Assembly (NCBI RefSeq): GCF_001194135.2
Contig: NC_069004.1
Location: 1,827,398 to 1,891,397, forward strand
DNA from: Octopus bimaculoides
Lineage: Eukaryota
Length of the DNA stretch: 64,000 nt
Reading direction: 5' to 3'
Shown here in pieces: positions 49,654-63,627 of the stretch (within the stretch, counting starts at the first letter, position 1; the number at the start of each line of letters is the position of its first letter). The position numbers and the translations under genes were made by a program. The notes under the pieces were generated by a model. That model made no database searches and was not told the origin of the DNA. It was given only the letters and a program-made list of their open reading frames with translations.

Positions 49654-50914
49654 GACATACATACATACTCTTACGTTATGCATACATATATGGCTAAGTT
49701 ATTTCTCCTTCCCTACATACTGGTGCGATAATCACAGTAAATTGGTCAACAATTTATGATCAGCGGTTGTTATTCCACAGCAATTGGTCTGCTATTTTGA
49801 ATCGATGTGAGGCTGGAATAGATTTGAGGTGTCCATACATTTAGGGGAAATGCATGAGCATCTCAACACCACACAACAACGTTATGTTAATCTGTACTAC
49901 ATACAGATATCCACAGACGAAGTGTGAGCGCGAGCGAGTGCATAGATACACAAACTTGTGTGTGTACACGCGCTTGTTCGTATGTGTGTGTGCAGTGTTC
50001 TGGCTCTTCACATTCTGAGTTCAAATATCGCTGAGGCTGACTTTATCTTTCATCCTTTGAGGGTCGATAAAACAAGTACCAGTTGAGCACTAAAGTCCCT
50101 GTAATTGAATTTTCCCTCCCCTAAAATTAGTGGCCTTTGTGCCAAAATTTGAAGTAATTATGTATGTGTGTATGTGTAATACACACTAGCTCCACCCACG
50201 CATGATTGCTATTATTTTACATATTTATATTTTTGTAGTTTCCTCCTCTCAGCTGACACCATTTGTCATGTTATATAATAATCTAAGGGCAACTGGTTCA
50301 CTACTTCACCGAGATCGTATCCCTCCCGTTCTCAGTGACTTTCCATAACGTAAACACCAATAAGATATTGATATCAATCCAATCGATTCCTACTCCCTTC
50401 TTGTGTTAACACTGCCATTTCAATTATAATAAATATTGTAATTTTACATGATTTCGGGGGTAGGGATGTATATATAGTTTACATTTTAGTTTTCAATGCT
50501 TCCAATAGCAAACAGTGCCTCGTTAAGCAGGAGATGCATGCGCACCAAAAATACTAATTAAACGTGTTTTATTCTGTTATTAATTCTAAGGACACTTCGT
50601 ATATCATTGATGCATGTTGGAACTCATCCGTGTCTCGTGGCCAAAGCAAGGTCAAGCCTTATTTAATCGTTATTTTAGTTGTCGGACGAGTCTAACGGTT
50701 TTAGCCAAACCACATAACACTTTTTTTTTCCGACAAAACAAATGAATGAATAAATAAGTAAATAAACGAACAAATAAATAAATAAATAAATAGACGATGT
50801 CTTAAAATAACATCAGTGGTTTATGGGCAACTTGTGAAATATAATGTTGCTCTGGGTGACTACTTGAGCAATCTACCTACCTCCCAGTACGCTAATAATG
50901 TAAATATACACATG

Positions 50915-50953
<39 letters not shown>

Positions 50954-51081
50954 CGCACACACATACACGCACACAAATACATACACACACATATGCACGA
51001 ACATACATACATCTGTGTATTGGTGTGTGCGTGGGTGTATATTTAAATATGCACGTGGACATATATATATATGAGTGTGGG

Positions 51082-51119
<38 letters not shown>

Positions 51120-51236
51120 CGTAGTTATATAAAGCTCCGTCGCGCCCATCCGAAGCACACACTTGCAAACTCTCAGACTGTCAGCTGATGTAAAATAACC
51201 TCTCAGACTTATTGAAGGGCATAGCATGGCTTACGT

Positions 51237-51680
51237 TTGTTTGAGTACCACCACCGACACCACCGCTACTGCCACCATCACTACCAACACCACCATCGCA
51301 ACCACTGCTACTACTATCAGCCACCCACCACCACCCACACCGGCTCCACCACCAGCACAATCACCACGACCATCGCCATGATCATCTCACTGAAATTGCT
51401 ATTGTCATGCTTCCAGCACCACCACCACCACCACAACTACCCGAACTACTACTACTACTACTACTACTACTCCCACTACTACAGTTACTACTGCCACCAC
51501 AACCCTTATTGCTACTACTTCCACAACCATCACTACCACCACTGTCAAAGTACCACTACTACAACACACAGCCACTACCACTACCAACACAGCGACCACC
51601 ACTACATATACCCTATTACCACCACCTCCTCCACCATCATCAAAACACACAAACCACCACCACCACCACCACCAATATGA
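51237..51680. repeat. (CAC)/(TAC) trinucleotide low-complexity tract
   Basis: Imperfect CAC/TAC runs that give spurious poly-H/T/Y/V ORFs. Confidence 0.85.
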
Positions 51681-54600
51681 TAGTGAAGCCATACTGTGGT
51701 CATATATTATGATGAATCCAGTTTTGGTTTCACCAATCTACCTTCAATAATTCAAACAACTGAATGTTCTACTTTGTTAAAGTTGCTAGAAGCTCACTTT
51801 GCAGTCCTGTGGTTTGGGGTTCAGTCCCACTTGGTGCCACCTCAGACAAGTGTCTTCTACTACAATAGCCTCCAGACTGACCAGTGCATTGTGAGTCAGT
51901 TAGTGAAGGTGCATAGCACAGTGGTGAGGGTGTTTGTCTTGCAATCATAATGTTGTGAGTTTGATTCCTGGTGGTGTGTTGTGTCCTTGAGCAAGTCACT
52001 TTATTTCATGTTGCCCCAGTCAACTCAGCTGACAAAAATGAGCTGTACCTGTAATTACAAAGGGTTGGCCTTGTCACATTCGGTAGTGGTGGTGATGGCA
52101 ACAGAGGTGATGATGGTAGTTGTGGTGATGGTTGCAGTGCAGGTGCTAGTAGTAGCAGCAGTGGTGATGGTTGCAGTGCAGGTGCTAGTAGTAGCAGCAG
52201 TGGTGATGGTAGTAGCCATGTTTGCAAGTGGCTGAGCACCGGTTTAGCTAATTAAGTACATTATGTTGCCTCACATCCATCACGATAGGACTTCACACGA
52301 TACACAATGGACCAAGAAATGACACAATGATGAGACATCTGTATGTCAATGGATTTAAATGACAAAAGCTTGTACGACACTTTTGCCACTCTCTCAGCAT
52401 TAGCAAAATGACACACGAGATTCCATGTTGTGAGATTGAACCAGCGATCTCATCATTATAAAGCAAACTCCTTACCCATTTGGTCATAGTGTACCTATAC
52501 ATGTGTGCATGTGTATGCGTGGGTGTGTGTGTATGAAAATGAGTGTATATGTGTGCTAATATATGTGTATTTGTATGTATGTATATGTAGATATGTGTAT
52601 GTATGTATGTGTGTGCATGCCTGTATGTATGTGTATGTATGTATGTGTGTGTCTGTCTGTCTATGTATATATGTGTACATTGTGTGCCTGTGTGTATGTG
52701 TGTGTACACGTGTGTTTGTAAGACTATTGCTGTGCCTGTCATTATGTTACCACAACTTGAAAAACAGTGTTGTGTGTTTATGTTCCTCCTGTAACTTAGC
52801 AATTCGGCAAAAGAGACCAACAAAAAATAAGTATTGGGCTAAAAAAAAAAACACAAATGGGCACCAGGGTCAATTAGTTTTACTAAACCCTTTGAGGTAG
52901 TGCTCCAGCATGGCCACAGCTCAAAGACTGAAACAGCTTTAGATAAATACACATTTTCACTTACACACACATACACACAGAGGAACATAACAATTACAAC
53001 ACACACACATACACACACAGCTGTTGTTCCTAGTTGTTTTTTTGGGGGGTTTTTTTTTGGTGAGAATTTTTGTTGTTAATTGACCAGTCATTAGATCAAC
53101 TGTCCTACTCCGCTCCTGCACTCTCTCACTTTCTCCCCCTCAACCCCCACCAACTCCATCACCACCACCATCACCTACCTATTATTTGCATTCCATTGCA
53201 TTGCTTTTTGTTGTCACCCAGGTGCTGTGTTTAGTAATGCTTACCTCTGGTCATTTAGCTCTAAGTCTCGGGGGGGTGAAGTCACTTATTAAAACCTCAC
53301 GTGAGTACAACTTCTCAGTGTGACTTCAAACACCGACATGGTCGCTCTTCTTGTATAAGTTGTGGTGAAGTAAAGGTGAGTGCCTCACCGCAACCACTCT
53401 TCACTGTGGGCTGGGATGGCACTGCATTCACACAGACATGTGACTTTCCATTACCTTTAGCTTCATCTTCTCTTCCCCTGCAGCTGCGAAACCAAACAAA
53501 AAAATAACCAAAAAAAAAGGCAAAAAAAAACGAACTTATAAAAACAAAAAGAAAACCACAAAAGTTTTACATCCCCAACCAAAAAAAACAACAAAAAAAA
53601 AGAAGACCAAGGCTAGCAACAACCAAAAAAAAACAAATACAACATATTTAATCAACTTTGAAGGCTTTTTCAACTTATCTGCAACAGATGTCTTATTTTT
53701 TGCTACCATATTTGTCTTTGAGTGCCATTTCCAGCCAATGCCAGTGAAGTTCTTGTGTTCTTTAATGCTGCTCTTTCGTTCAGTTCCTCTGCCATCGCCA
53801 CTGCCTCCTATCCCTCCGTTGTCTGTGTGGACAGTGTCCATCATCAAATCTTTGTCATGGCAGCTTTCAAAGTTGGTCATTTGCTGCACTTTTTACCAAC
53901 GCATCCCACAACTGCTTTGTTGGCTGTCATAATACCAAACAGTATGATGCATTTGTTACCGTTTAGAGTCACAGCAGCCAACACACTCCCTGCAGATGTT
54001 GCTTTCAGCAAGCTTCCTTCAGGTAACGAAAACTAACAATCTTTCAAGTGTTGTTGTTGTTGTTGTCATTGTTGTTGTTTTAACTTTAATTACTTTACAA
54101 GACTGTAATTAGTTAGTCATGGATTTTTATAGAACACTATTACACACACACACACACACACAAACATACTTATGTGTGTGTGTGTGATTTATTAATGGCC
54201 TTAGAGCATCGGGCTCACAATCATGAGGTTATGAGTTCAGTTCCCAGACTGGACAATCTTACAACCATGAGTCTGACACCATAACCACTAAGCCACGTGC
54301 CTCCACGGTCGAATGGACTGGAACAACATGAAATGAAATGTTTCGCTCAAGAACACAATGCACCACCTGGTCTGGGAATTGAAACCCTGGTCATAAGATT
54401 ATGAGTGCAACACCTTAGCTCCTAAGCCATGTGCCTTCACCTTTATAATGTGCACAAATGTCTTAATCTGCTGTTCAGACATTTTAAAGATAAAATAATG
54501 CCACAAAAATATTTAAAAGTTTGAATAAATCTTCTTTATCTGTTTATTAATCTTTTGCAGACTTTATATTTAAAAATTCTCGTGTTATGTTTTTCTTGTA

Positions 54601-55659
54601 ACTTAATAATAAAATTTAGCTTGGAGTGGTTGGCGTTAGGAAGGGCATCCAGCTGTAGAAACTCTGCCAAATCAGATTGGAGCCTGGTGTCGCCTCCTGG
54701 TCCACCAGTCCTCAGTCAAATCATCCAACCCATGCTAGCATGGAAAGTGGACGTTAAACGACGAAACATGGTTGGAATTCCTTATTAACAATTAAGGAAG
54801 CAAGTTGGCAGAATCGTTAGCATGTCAGGCAAAATGCTTAGTCTGTCTTTATGTTCTGAGTTCAAATTCCACCAGGGTTGACTTTGCTTTTTATCCTTTT
54901 GGGATCAGTAGAATAAGTACATGTTGAGCCCTGGGGTTGATGTAATTACCTAGCCCCTTCCCTAAAAATTTCAGGTCTTGTGGCTGTTGTAGAAAGGAAT
55001 ATTATTATTAACGATTTCATTCATTAAGCTACTTCCAGTTTCAAGATATTAGACTGATTTGCTTTTATTGAGCCACACAATCATCAATACACATTTTACA
55101 GCCAACTCTGGCAGGAAATTTGGCCAGTGAAATCTAGGTTGTATAATTGGAGTGTGAAATTAGGCAGTGTAATGAGATAATTAAATCTAGTCAGGAGAAT
55201 TTCGGCTTTAGGATTTCAAGCAGTGAACAAGAGTACACTGCATTGATATGTATTTATAAATAGACGGTGGAATCTAGGTAATAAGATCTGAGACATAAAG
55301 AGCATGATATCACAAGAAATCAATAGCGTTGGTATCATCGTCATTAGGACGGGGGAGTGCTGGGATTGTTACAGTGTCGGACAAGGTCCCTTGCTGTGTT
55401 TGTTCTGGTGCTTTATGTTCTGAGTTCAAATTCTGTTGAGGTCAAGCTTGCCTTCTAATCTGTGTGGAGTCATTAAAACAAAGTGCCAGCCAAGTACTGG
55501 AGTCAGTTTAATTGACTCACCCCTCCCTCCTCTGAAATTTCATGCCTTGTGTTTTACCATCATCATCATCATCATCGTCGTCATTTTAACATTCATTTCC
55601 CCATACTTGAATGGGTCAGATGCAGTTTATTGAAGCAGATTTCCTACAGCTTCTCCTTT

Positions 55660-55860
55660 TTTCATCTTTCATTCTTCTTCTTCTTCTTCTCTTTCTTCTT
55701 CTTCTTCTTCTTCTTCTTCCTTCTTCCTCTTCTTCCTCCTTTTCTTCTTCCTCTTCTTCTTCTTCTTCCTCTTCTTCTCCTTCCTCTTCTTCTCCTTCCT
55801 CCTTCCTCTTCTACTTTTTCCTCTTCTTCCTCCTTTTCTCCTTCCTCTTCTCCTTTCATT
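55660..55860. repeat. (TTC)/(TCC) polypyrimidine low-complexity tract
   Basis: About 200 bp of almost pure C/T; spurious poly-E/K/R ORFs. Confidence 0.9.
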
Positions 55861-57775
55861 CTGGCTGTTCTTCTTCAACTCCACCCCCCCTCCTCAGCCC
55901 TTCTTGACCAAACACACGATGTGCACATTACTCAAATAAACAATTAGCCATGAGTCACCGATCTGTGTCTTTTCACACTCCACCGATGCCTCTCGCTGAA
56001 TAACAACCTCGCTGCATACTTCAACATCAACACACAGCAATGATTCACTCGGGTGTAACACTCTTAGGCAAGTTACTCTCCCCACCCACCCCGTTTTCAA
56101 GTCGATTTGTCTGACCATGGTTTCTTGTGGTGGCTACGGGAGGTGAATTGGTTTCTGATGTGTCCGTCCCAACACAGTGTTTGGGGCCAGTTTGAGACCA
56201 TTGATGCTTGCTGGGGTGTTCTATATACATCTAAATGTCTGGAGGATCTTTTATCATTTGTCTTTTGCTTCTTTCAGTCAGTGGAATGTGGCCATGCTGG
56301 AGCACTGCTTTGAAGGGCTTTCATCAAATTAATCATCTCCAATGCTTGTTTATTTTTAAAGTCTGGCTAATTATTCTATCGGTTCTTTGCGCTGAACAGC
56401 CAGGTTACAGGGATGTAAACAAACCAACATTGGTTGTGAAGCAGTGGATGCATGGAATGACAAGCACACACACACACACACACATGTATATATGATGGGC
56501 TTTTAAGTGATTCAGCAAAAGAACCCAAACTTTAAGAAATCCAAAAGTACTGGAATCGATTTGTTGGAGCAAAACCCTTCAAAGACGGTGTCCGACCATG
56601 GCTGCAATCCAATGACTGAAACAAGTACAACATAAAAGACATCGATTTAGATGTTTTATTTATTTATTTATCTATTTATTTGTATGTCTTCTATGCTGTG
56701 TTAGCTTAAGACGTCATCTATGGCAACATATTTTATTGATATCCGGATTTTTCCTATAGTTATGTTTACAGCAATCACATTGAGATAACAACACAATACC
56801 GCAAAAGTAAATAGACACCTCTCCTTACACCGTTTTTACCTGTGCAGACCACTATTCATTAAGTACGGTGCCCAAACAGGCAAAAATAATTAATAACTGC
56901 ACCAGGCATGTCTACTAAATACTAGATTCGGTATTTAAATGCATCAATGCCGTTATTTTATTTCTAGAAATAAATCTTTCAAAAACGCCAGCGTCTATTT
57001 ACTTTTGGGATGCCTGTGTATAAATGACAACAGCCGAGGCTTAAAGAAAATCCATTTGTTAGAAGATTTGCTGAAGGCAGTTTTATCGGAGCCATTAAAA
57101 GTTTAAAATGTTCGAATGGGAAAAAGGTATATATATATATATATGCATATATAGTTTGTTTATTATTGGGTAAAGGCCTTGAGTTCAGATTTTGTCACAC
57201 TAACCCTCTGTGTGTGTGTGTGTGTGTGTAAGGATGCAGAGGTATATGTACCTGTTTGTTTGCTAATAGCCCAAGGTATAAAGAGATAATAATATTACGT
57301 TGTATTAACTAATTTAGTTGGAGCTAAAGCTACAGAATGTCTGTACAGAATTATCAAAGAAACCAGTAGATATGATCCCTTATGGTCATTGTAATAGGAC
57401 CTAATATATATATATATATATGTGCATAATGATATACATGAATACACACACACACACACACACATATATATATTAATATCTCACTTATGCATTATGATGC
57501 TAGTAACCTGGTGTTAGAACTCGATGTACATATGCCTCAGTAATATAAATATGTATATGTATATATATATGTATGTGTATATATATATATATATATNNNN
57601 NNNNNNNNNNNNNNNNNNNNNNNNNNNNNNNNNNNNNNNNNNNNNNNNNNNNNNNNNNNNNNNNNNNNNNNNNNNNNNNNNNNNNNNNNNNNNNNNNNNN
57701 NNNNNNNNNNNNNNNNNNNNNNNNNNNNNNNNNNNNNNNNNNNNNNNNNNNNNNNNNNNNNNNNNNNNNNNNNNN

Positions 57776-57808
<33 letters not shown>

Positions 57809-57961
57809 ATCTCTCTCTCTCTCTCTATCTGTTTACAGATCTCTCCATCTTCACATCTCCTGCTGACCTTCTCATTATCTCCTTCTCATTCGTTCTCTTC
57901 CGCATCATACAAACACACTTCGATTCTCTCATGCTCTTGTTCCATTTAGTTCCAGTTCATT

Positions 57962-57994
<33 letters not shown>

Positions 57995-60396
57995 GCACCC
58001 GTGTGCATACTTATACATTCCCACATGCACACAAAGACGCATTCACATGCGCACACATTCTCTGTTTCACGTATCCCATATGTTTATACTTGTTCCAGTT
58101 ACCTCACTCAACCCATTATAAAGATCAGTCAGACTTCCCTCACATCTTACATTAGGAAAGAATACACTCACGAGACTTGGGAGTTGACCCAAGTCCAATG
58201 TAAAATAAACTTGCTCCAATATGTCCCAGACTCACAAGGAACTCCTCGACCCATTTTGTGGGCTGCAGGTTATTTGTTGCCAATCCTTGATGTAGAGGTT
58301 CTGTAAGTCGTAAATCATACTGACAGCGTTATGTGATAAAAAATGATTAACGCCGAAGCTTTGGATAAAAATTATGAAATTGCCAGTGTTGGTAGCTGAT
58401 GAAGAATAATGCTGATTGTCATTTAACAATGCACGTACATGAGTAAATATTTCATCCAAACAGAAAGATATTGCTTTGAAAAAGAGAAATTGGAATTGAC
58501 TAGTTTACCCCATACAGTGAATATATTGTGGTATTACACTTGCTATTCTTAATTAAGTATCCATCTGAGTTTAATAGCGATTCGTGCAAAAACTAATAGA
58601 AAAAAAAATTATGTGTATTAAAGAGGTCAGTTTTGCCTCTTATTGCTCTGCTATTCATTAAAATAAATGCTAATATTAGATGGGATTGATACAATTAACT
58701 TCAGCTCTTCTTCGTTAAAAGTTAACTTAATGTCTAATCAAATGAATTCATTAATATTGGATCGTACCAGTTGTTTTGGCTGTTTATTATTATATTCGCT
58801 TATTAGACGGGTTTTGGTTGGCAATGGCTTTCTATTGACATTGTGAGCGGGCAGCAATGAGTTTGGCTAACTGTTTTGGAATATTTAGCTTCAGCACTGA
58901 ATATTCACAGTTGAAATTCTGCCAGGATTCATTTGGTCTTTTGTCTCTTCAAGGTCAATTAACCCTTTTGTTGCCATATTTCTGTGGAAATACACTGCTT
59001 TTATTTCAGTGAATTCTGAAAATACAAACGTACTTCAACCCATGATATTTTCGGTTCTGCCTTTTTTTGACTTTACATTTTTTTTTCTTTTTCTTTTTCA
59101 AGAAATTAGCGGGAAAAATAAATCTCAGTTTCAGTTGATTTATCCAACTTTACCTCATTCTCAATGACACATATTTAAAAGCATTAAAAATTAAAAGAAA
59201 ACACCTAAAGATTAATTCTGGAGTGGAAAATCAAACAAAATATGTGAAAATATATAAAAACCATTTGGTGGGATTTGAATTCCTGGTGCAGAGATTTGTT
59301 TTATTTACTGCAAGACATTCTATCCAATTTCTAACCACTCACCAGATTTGCCTCCATACAGTCTCAGGTTCCACTTCATGGTACGTCGACATGTGTCTTT
59401 CTACTGTAGCCTGAGAGACTAACCAAAGCTTTGTGAGTGGATTAGCTGAATGGAAACCAACAGAAGTGCATCATACGTGTGAAAGCACATCGCCTAGGGT
59501 TGCACTCATGATCTCTAGATTGTGGTTTTGGTTCTCAGACTGGGCAGTGCTTTGTGTTCTTGAGCAAAACACTTCATTTTACATTTCTCTGTGAATGGGA
59601 GAGAGGCAAAGTCATTGGCATGTCAGCAGAAATGCTTTATGGTATATCTCCCAGCTCTTTACATTCTGAGTTCAAATCCCACCTGCCTGTAGACTGGGTA
59701 GGTTTTTCCTCTTAATTATCTTTCTCTCCTCCTCTGCTCCCTAATTTCTATCTACCTGTGACTTTCCCTCTGCTTCTTATGTATACAAACTTTAAAAAGA
59801 GAGGTAGCTCTTCATCCATAAGTTAAAAAAAAACAAAAAAACAACCAAATGCTTGACATTTCCTAATCCAATCAAAGGTATCAGCCCCTTTGATGTTTTT
59901 TCTAGAACACCTGGTGGCCCAAAGGCCAACAGTCAGTAAAGGCCAGTAGAATTTTAAGTGTGAGGCGTGGAAATGCAACTAAACAAACACCTGCAGTGAG
60001 GCTTGAACTTCTGATCCAATAACTTACAGTGAAATGCTTTACTCACCTGACCATTTAACACACACACACACATTGCTTTGGGTAGTTTAATTACAATGAA
60101 AGAGATGAAGGGGTACATTTGTCCGTTTGTGCTCCACAGTCTGTGTGAGGTTTATTGAAATATCGAATCTCACATCTACCTACAGTAGAGGTCAAGTTTC
60201 CATATCTTTCTAACTCTCCCTCATAACCATGGGGAAGAAGTAGAATAAAGTCTTTAAATCTTCGGGTATCAATAAAATGGTTTACCTGACACATTACTAA
60301 GTTGTCAAACATTGATCTTCTTTGTGTCGTTTTTATTCTTTTATTTTGCTTTCTTTGTGATCGACTTTTCTTTCATTCTTTCTTTAGTCCCTCCTC

Positions 60397-60435
<39 letters not shown>

Positions 60436-60445
60436 NNNNNNNNNN

Positions 60446-60482
<37 letters not shown>

Positions 60483-61520
60483 GACTTTTTCATTTTCTCC
60501 TTCATATTCTCACACATCTCTCTAAATGTATGTCTTTGTATCTATGCATGTGTGTGTGTGCATGTATTTATATGCATGTGTGTATGTATGTATATGTGTG
60601 TGTATGAATGTTTGTATGTGTGTGCATTTATATGCATGTGTGTGTGTGTGTGTATGTCTGCCTGCATTCCTCTCCACAATTTCTCTGCTTTTTCTCTTCA
60701 CTTCCCTTTCAGACATTTTCCCCAATATTTATATTAGCCAACTATTTTTCTATGAAAGAGACGTCTGTGTGTGTGAGAGAAAGAGAGAGAGACAGAGATA
60801 AGTGTTGTGTCATTCAATTTACCTTTTAATGAGAAGTTTGCAGATGTTACAGGAGTTACCTGATTCTCTCTGTGTCACTGACAAATGGCCCAACTATGTC
60901 AGGTAGTAGCCGTACATTTTTATCATTTTCAACTTGCCTTTCTTTTATATTTTTACCAGGGCATAACAGGGATATTTCCTTCCCCCCTTTTCCTTCCTGT
61001 TACATCCAATGCAATTGTTTTTACAGGTTTAACATTTTTCTCTTCTTGATTTCACTTTTAAATGAGGATCATCTTCACTCATCGTCCCCGACAAGTTTAC
61101 TGAGAACGAAAATATTAATCTGTTTTATCTGCTTTTATCTGCTTTCTTAGTTTGATAACAGGGAAGATATATCGCTGTCATGTTGTCACATTGTTAACTG
61201 CTACAATGTTAAATGAACCGTTTTGTTAGGACAATCTTGATTAATTTAAAAGCATCTGGTAAAATGCTTTGCAATATTTCTTTTGTCTCGTTATGCTCTG
61301 TGTTCAAATTCTCTTGAGGCCGACTTTACCTTTCATCCTTTTGGGGTTTGATAAAACAAGTATTAGTTTAGTACAGGGATCAATGTTATCAACTAACCTC
61401 TTCCTCTTAAATTTGCTGGCCTTGTGCCAAAATGTGAAACCATAATCTTAATTAATTCAGTGAAACAGTGAATGCTATAATGATTATGATAATGATGATG
61501 AGCCCCAATCTGGGTGATGA

Positions 61521-61694
61521 GGGACAATTGTCCTATGATGGTAATAATCCAGAAGGCAATTGCCAGAGAACTATCCTGGGGGGCAGTTGTGCTTCAGCAG
61601 GGGAAGAGTTCATTATTGACAGACAGCTGCCCCTAGGATAATTACTCCCTAACAATTGCTCTCTGGATCATTACCATCATAGGACAATTGTCCC
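61521..61694. repeat. Fold-back element with arms of about 70 bp
   Basis: Left arm GGGACAATTGTCCTATGATGGTAATAATCCAGA; right-arm reverse complement GGGACAATTGTCCTATGATGGTAATGATCCAGA. Confidence 0.85.
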
Positions 61695-63627
61695 ATTCAT
61701 TCAGAAAATTCATCATTTATTGTTGTCATCGTCATCATTGTCATTATGACACCCACTTTTCCATGCTTGCATGAGTAAGATGGGACTTGTTGAGGCAGAT
61801 TTTCTACAGCTGGATGCTCTTCCAGCTGCCAACACTTACTTGCTTCAAAGCAAAGTAATATTTCCTCATGGCCTGGCATGTTTTCCTAGAAGATTGAAAA
61901 TGAACAATATCTATTATGACACCCATTAATTATGCAATTATTAATTATTGTTTTTGTGTATGTTCCACAATTCACAATTTTAAATGTAATATTTGATAGA
62001 TCCTAGTTTCCTAACCACACTGTTCTGATGAGATCCGACTAGATCAAGATAGCAGCTGTATAGGAATGTTAAGGACTTTATGATTAAAAAAGAAATAAAA
62101 GGAAGAAGATTTAATCAAATGAATGCTTAATGATATTTTATTTTTTTATCTAATAAGAAAAAAAGAAAAAAACCCCAGTCATATGGATTCTTAGCAAGAT
62201 GATTCTCTCCCTTGCCGTACTGACAAACAACCAATCAAATGAGAGATTAAGTGCTTAACCGTCACTGGCAAGGAAATATGACCTTGGAGCTCTGTACTCT
62301 GATTTCACTTGTTGCTTTAGGTGCTTATATGATTCCCACCTTCGACCCAGTAGAGCATCAAAGATGTGACAGCTGTAAGGAAAGACAGCTGCGCCAGCAG
62401 TCAATCATTTTTGACTGAGTAGACTGGACCAATGTAAAAATGAAGTGTCTTACTCAAGGGCACAGTGCGTTGCCCTGCCCAGGAATTGAACCCACAATCT
62501 TACACTTATGAGCCCAGCACCCTAACCACAGGCCACATACCTTTACATGCCTGAGATATTAGTTAATACAAATCTTATTGGATAATTCTTCTCAGTGGAT
62601 AACAGATTAAACATGAAATTTAAGAATTAATTGTTGTATTTATTATTCAAGCAATGTTTAAAGACTGTGAGCCAGCAGAATCGTTTGCACGCCAGACAAA
62701 ATGCTTTGTGGCATTTCGTCTGTCTTTATGTTTCGCGTTCAAATTCCACTGAGGTTGACTTTGCCTTTCATCCCTTTAGGGGTCAAGGAAATAAGTACCA
62801 GTTGAACTCTGGGGTTGATGTAATTGACTTGCCACTACCCCTAAACATTTTCAGGTCTTGTGCCTATAGTAGAAAGTCTTAATTATGCAATTAATAATTT
62901 CCTAGCTTCTATGCATCATATATGATGCACATACCCAATTTTGCCTGTCCTTTGTATCACAGAACATATTTCCAATGTTTTTCAGCTTCTAGAGTAACAT
63001 TGAGACTTAAGAAAGGAAAGCTTTATATTACTCAGAATGTACGAAACAAGAGTTAACTAAAAAGTCTGAAAAGAATCATGGATGTTTAGGAAAACTTATG
63101 AAAATGTTTTCGATAGGCAAAGGGTTAAAGGCAAGTGTCTTCATGTTGGCAATTATTATTATTTGAACTGAAAGAAGAATCAGTTATTCTCTTCGTGCAC
63201 AACCTTGAAATAAACCACCAGGTCATCAGTCACGTCATTTTCTGTGGATTATATTAACCCAATTGTTTGTTTTATTCTAGTTCAGCAACACTCCTAAGAT
63301 TTCATATTTTTCTTCATCTTCCCAATAACTACAATTTACGTTTTTAATCTTAATTTCTCGCAAGAAAGCAGAGATAGATTAAGGAAAGTTTGTATTATAA
63401 TAATAACTTTTTTTTCCTATTTTTATGGACAAAATCGTTTCACGGCATGAAATGTCACATCATATAACATTTCACTGGAATTAGAGCAGTCTACTTGACT
63501 GAGAGATTTGGACACTAAACTAGATATATATTTCTTAAGTTCAAGTAGGATCAGGACTGGCTTGTTTGTGTGTATGTGCACGTATTCATGGGTGCGTGTG
63601 TGTATCTATATGTATATATATATATAT

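Noticed and set aside
55549-55947. Poly-E/K/R and poly-S/L ORFs; similar cases at 49321-49759, 51237-51712 and 52293-52900
   Set aside because: Translations of simple repeats with no splice or homology support.
60091-60312. LLLPHGYEG resembles the 2-oxoglutarate dehydrogenase E1 motif
   Set aside because: The flanks lack the expected GPEHSSAR and upstream W..Q.G context, and no other exons were found; treated as coincidence.
60820-61110. Short frames with splice-like signals (LQELPDSLC; MSEDDPHLK)
   Set aside because: Weak acceptors, frames under 50 codons and no recognisable domain.
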